Notes under the pieces: generated by a model | Databases searched by the model: none | What the model saw: only the letters and a program-made list of their open reading frames with translations | Told to the model about the DNA's origin: nothing | Shown: one piece after another, positions 34,254-35,047 of the stretch | How the letters are laid out: every line of letters starts with the position of its first letter | Numbering within the stretch: the stretch's first letter is position 1 | Program-made: the position numbers and the translations under genes | DNA from: Catajapyx aquilonaris | Lineage: Eukaryota | Direction: 5' to 3' | DNA length: 35,047 nucleotides | NCBI GenBank assembly: GCA_000934665.2 | Contig: JYFJ02004131.1 | Location: forward strand, 1 to 35,047

Positions 34254-35047
34254 TTAAATGTGCACTCTGTGATAAGAAGTTTAAGAGTGAGGCGTGAGAG
34301 ACTCTTGAATTGGCCCCCTTGAAACGGCATCCACGCAAAAAAGTGACATTTCCAAGATATGCCAGAAGAAATTGAGTTACAATAAGTGTGCTTGAAAGAA
34401 TCACCCCATGCATGTGCAATGTGAATACTGATGAAAGCAAAGTATCATAGGTGTTTCGGTTTTGTGTGTAATGCATTTACATTAAGGTGGAATATGATGA
34501 TTCTCTATGCAGACTTTGCATGTAGATTGCTCATGCACATGGTAGATGAGCATACTGCAACTAACATACAGAGATAAAGTAAGGTCATTTACCTGTACAT
34601 GTTGCCAACTGCCATTAGCTACAGTACCAGTAACAAAATGAAGTATTTTGTCTACTTGAGTACTACATGTAATGAGCCTGGAACATTGGTCATGGACTCA
34701 TGGCACATCATCTGTCACAATAATGACAGTGGCACAGGTGTAAAACTCGTGTGTACTGTAACAGCTAACAGTGCACCATGTTAATGTAACTGAATTGATA
34801 ATGGCAGTAGAGTAATTATTGTTGTCTTGAACAAATATGGGTTTTTTGTTGTAAATTAATGTGTGCAAGATATTTCCCTACTATAACCGAGGGAATAGGT
34901 GGGCGTGTGGGTGACTGAGAGAAAGCCACAATGTTAAATTAATATATTCCATTGATGTAGCTATTATTATTATTATTATTAAGTTATTGTGGCAAAATCA
35001 CTGCTATGTGACCATTTTACCCTCTCCACCCCCACCCCACCCCCTGC

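Noticed and set aside
1..35047. CRISPR arrays, rRNA, tRNA, operons
   Set aside because: No regularly spaced direct repeats or structural RNA signatures seen; the sequence has spliceosomal introns throughout

Overview
Eukaryotic (arthropod, probably pancrustacean) genomic DNA; no prokaryotic features. The left 15 kb is gene-dense with ~55-90 bp introns. It holds a 22-exon nudel-like modular serine protease on the minus strand (~1238 aa: LDLa repeats, active trypsin domain, dead second protease domain), four secreted peritrophin-like chitin-binding genes built from an 8-Cys CBM14 variant, and a 4-exon gustatory receptor inside that cluster. The right 20 kb is, by my manual splice reconstruction, one plus-strand gene. 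Seven host exons (coiled-coil N-terminus plus acidic linker) join in frame to a catalytically dead pogo/Tigger transposase (psq-HTH, CENP-B HTH, DDE_1), and a downstream C2H2 zinc-finger exon looks like an alternative 3' end. Its introns are packed with transposons: a Ginger-like element with ~500-bp TIRs, a decayed Sola1, a LINE 3' end, a Helentron-like element and several MITEs. All gene models were read by eye from splice signals and frame continuity, without RNA data or database searches.
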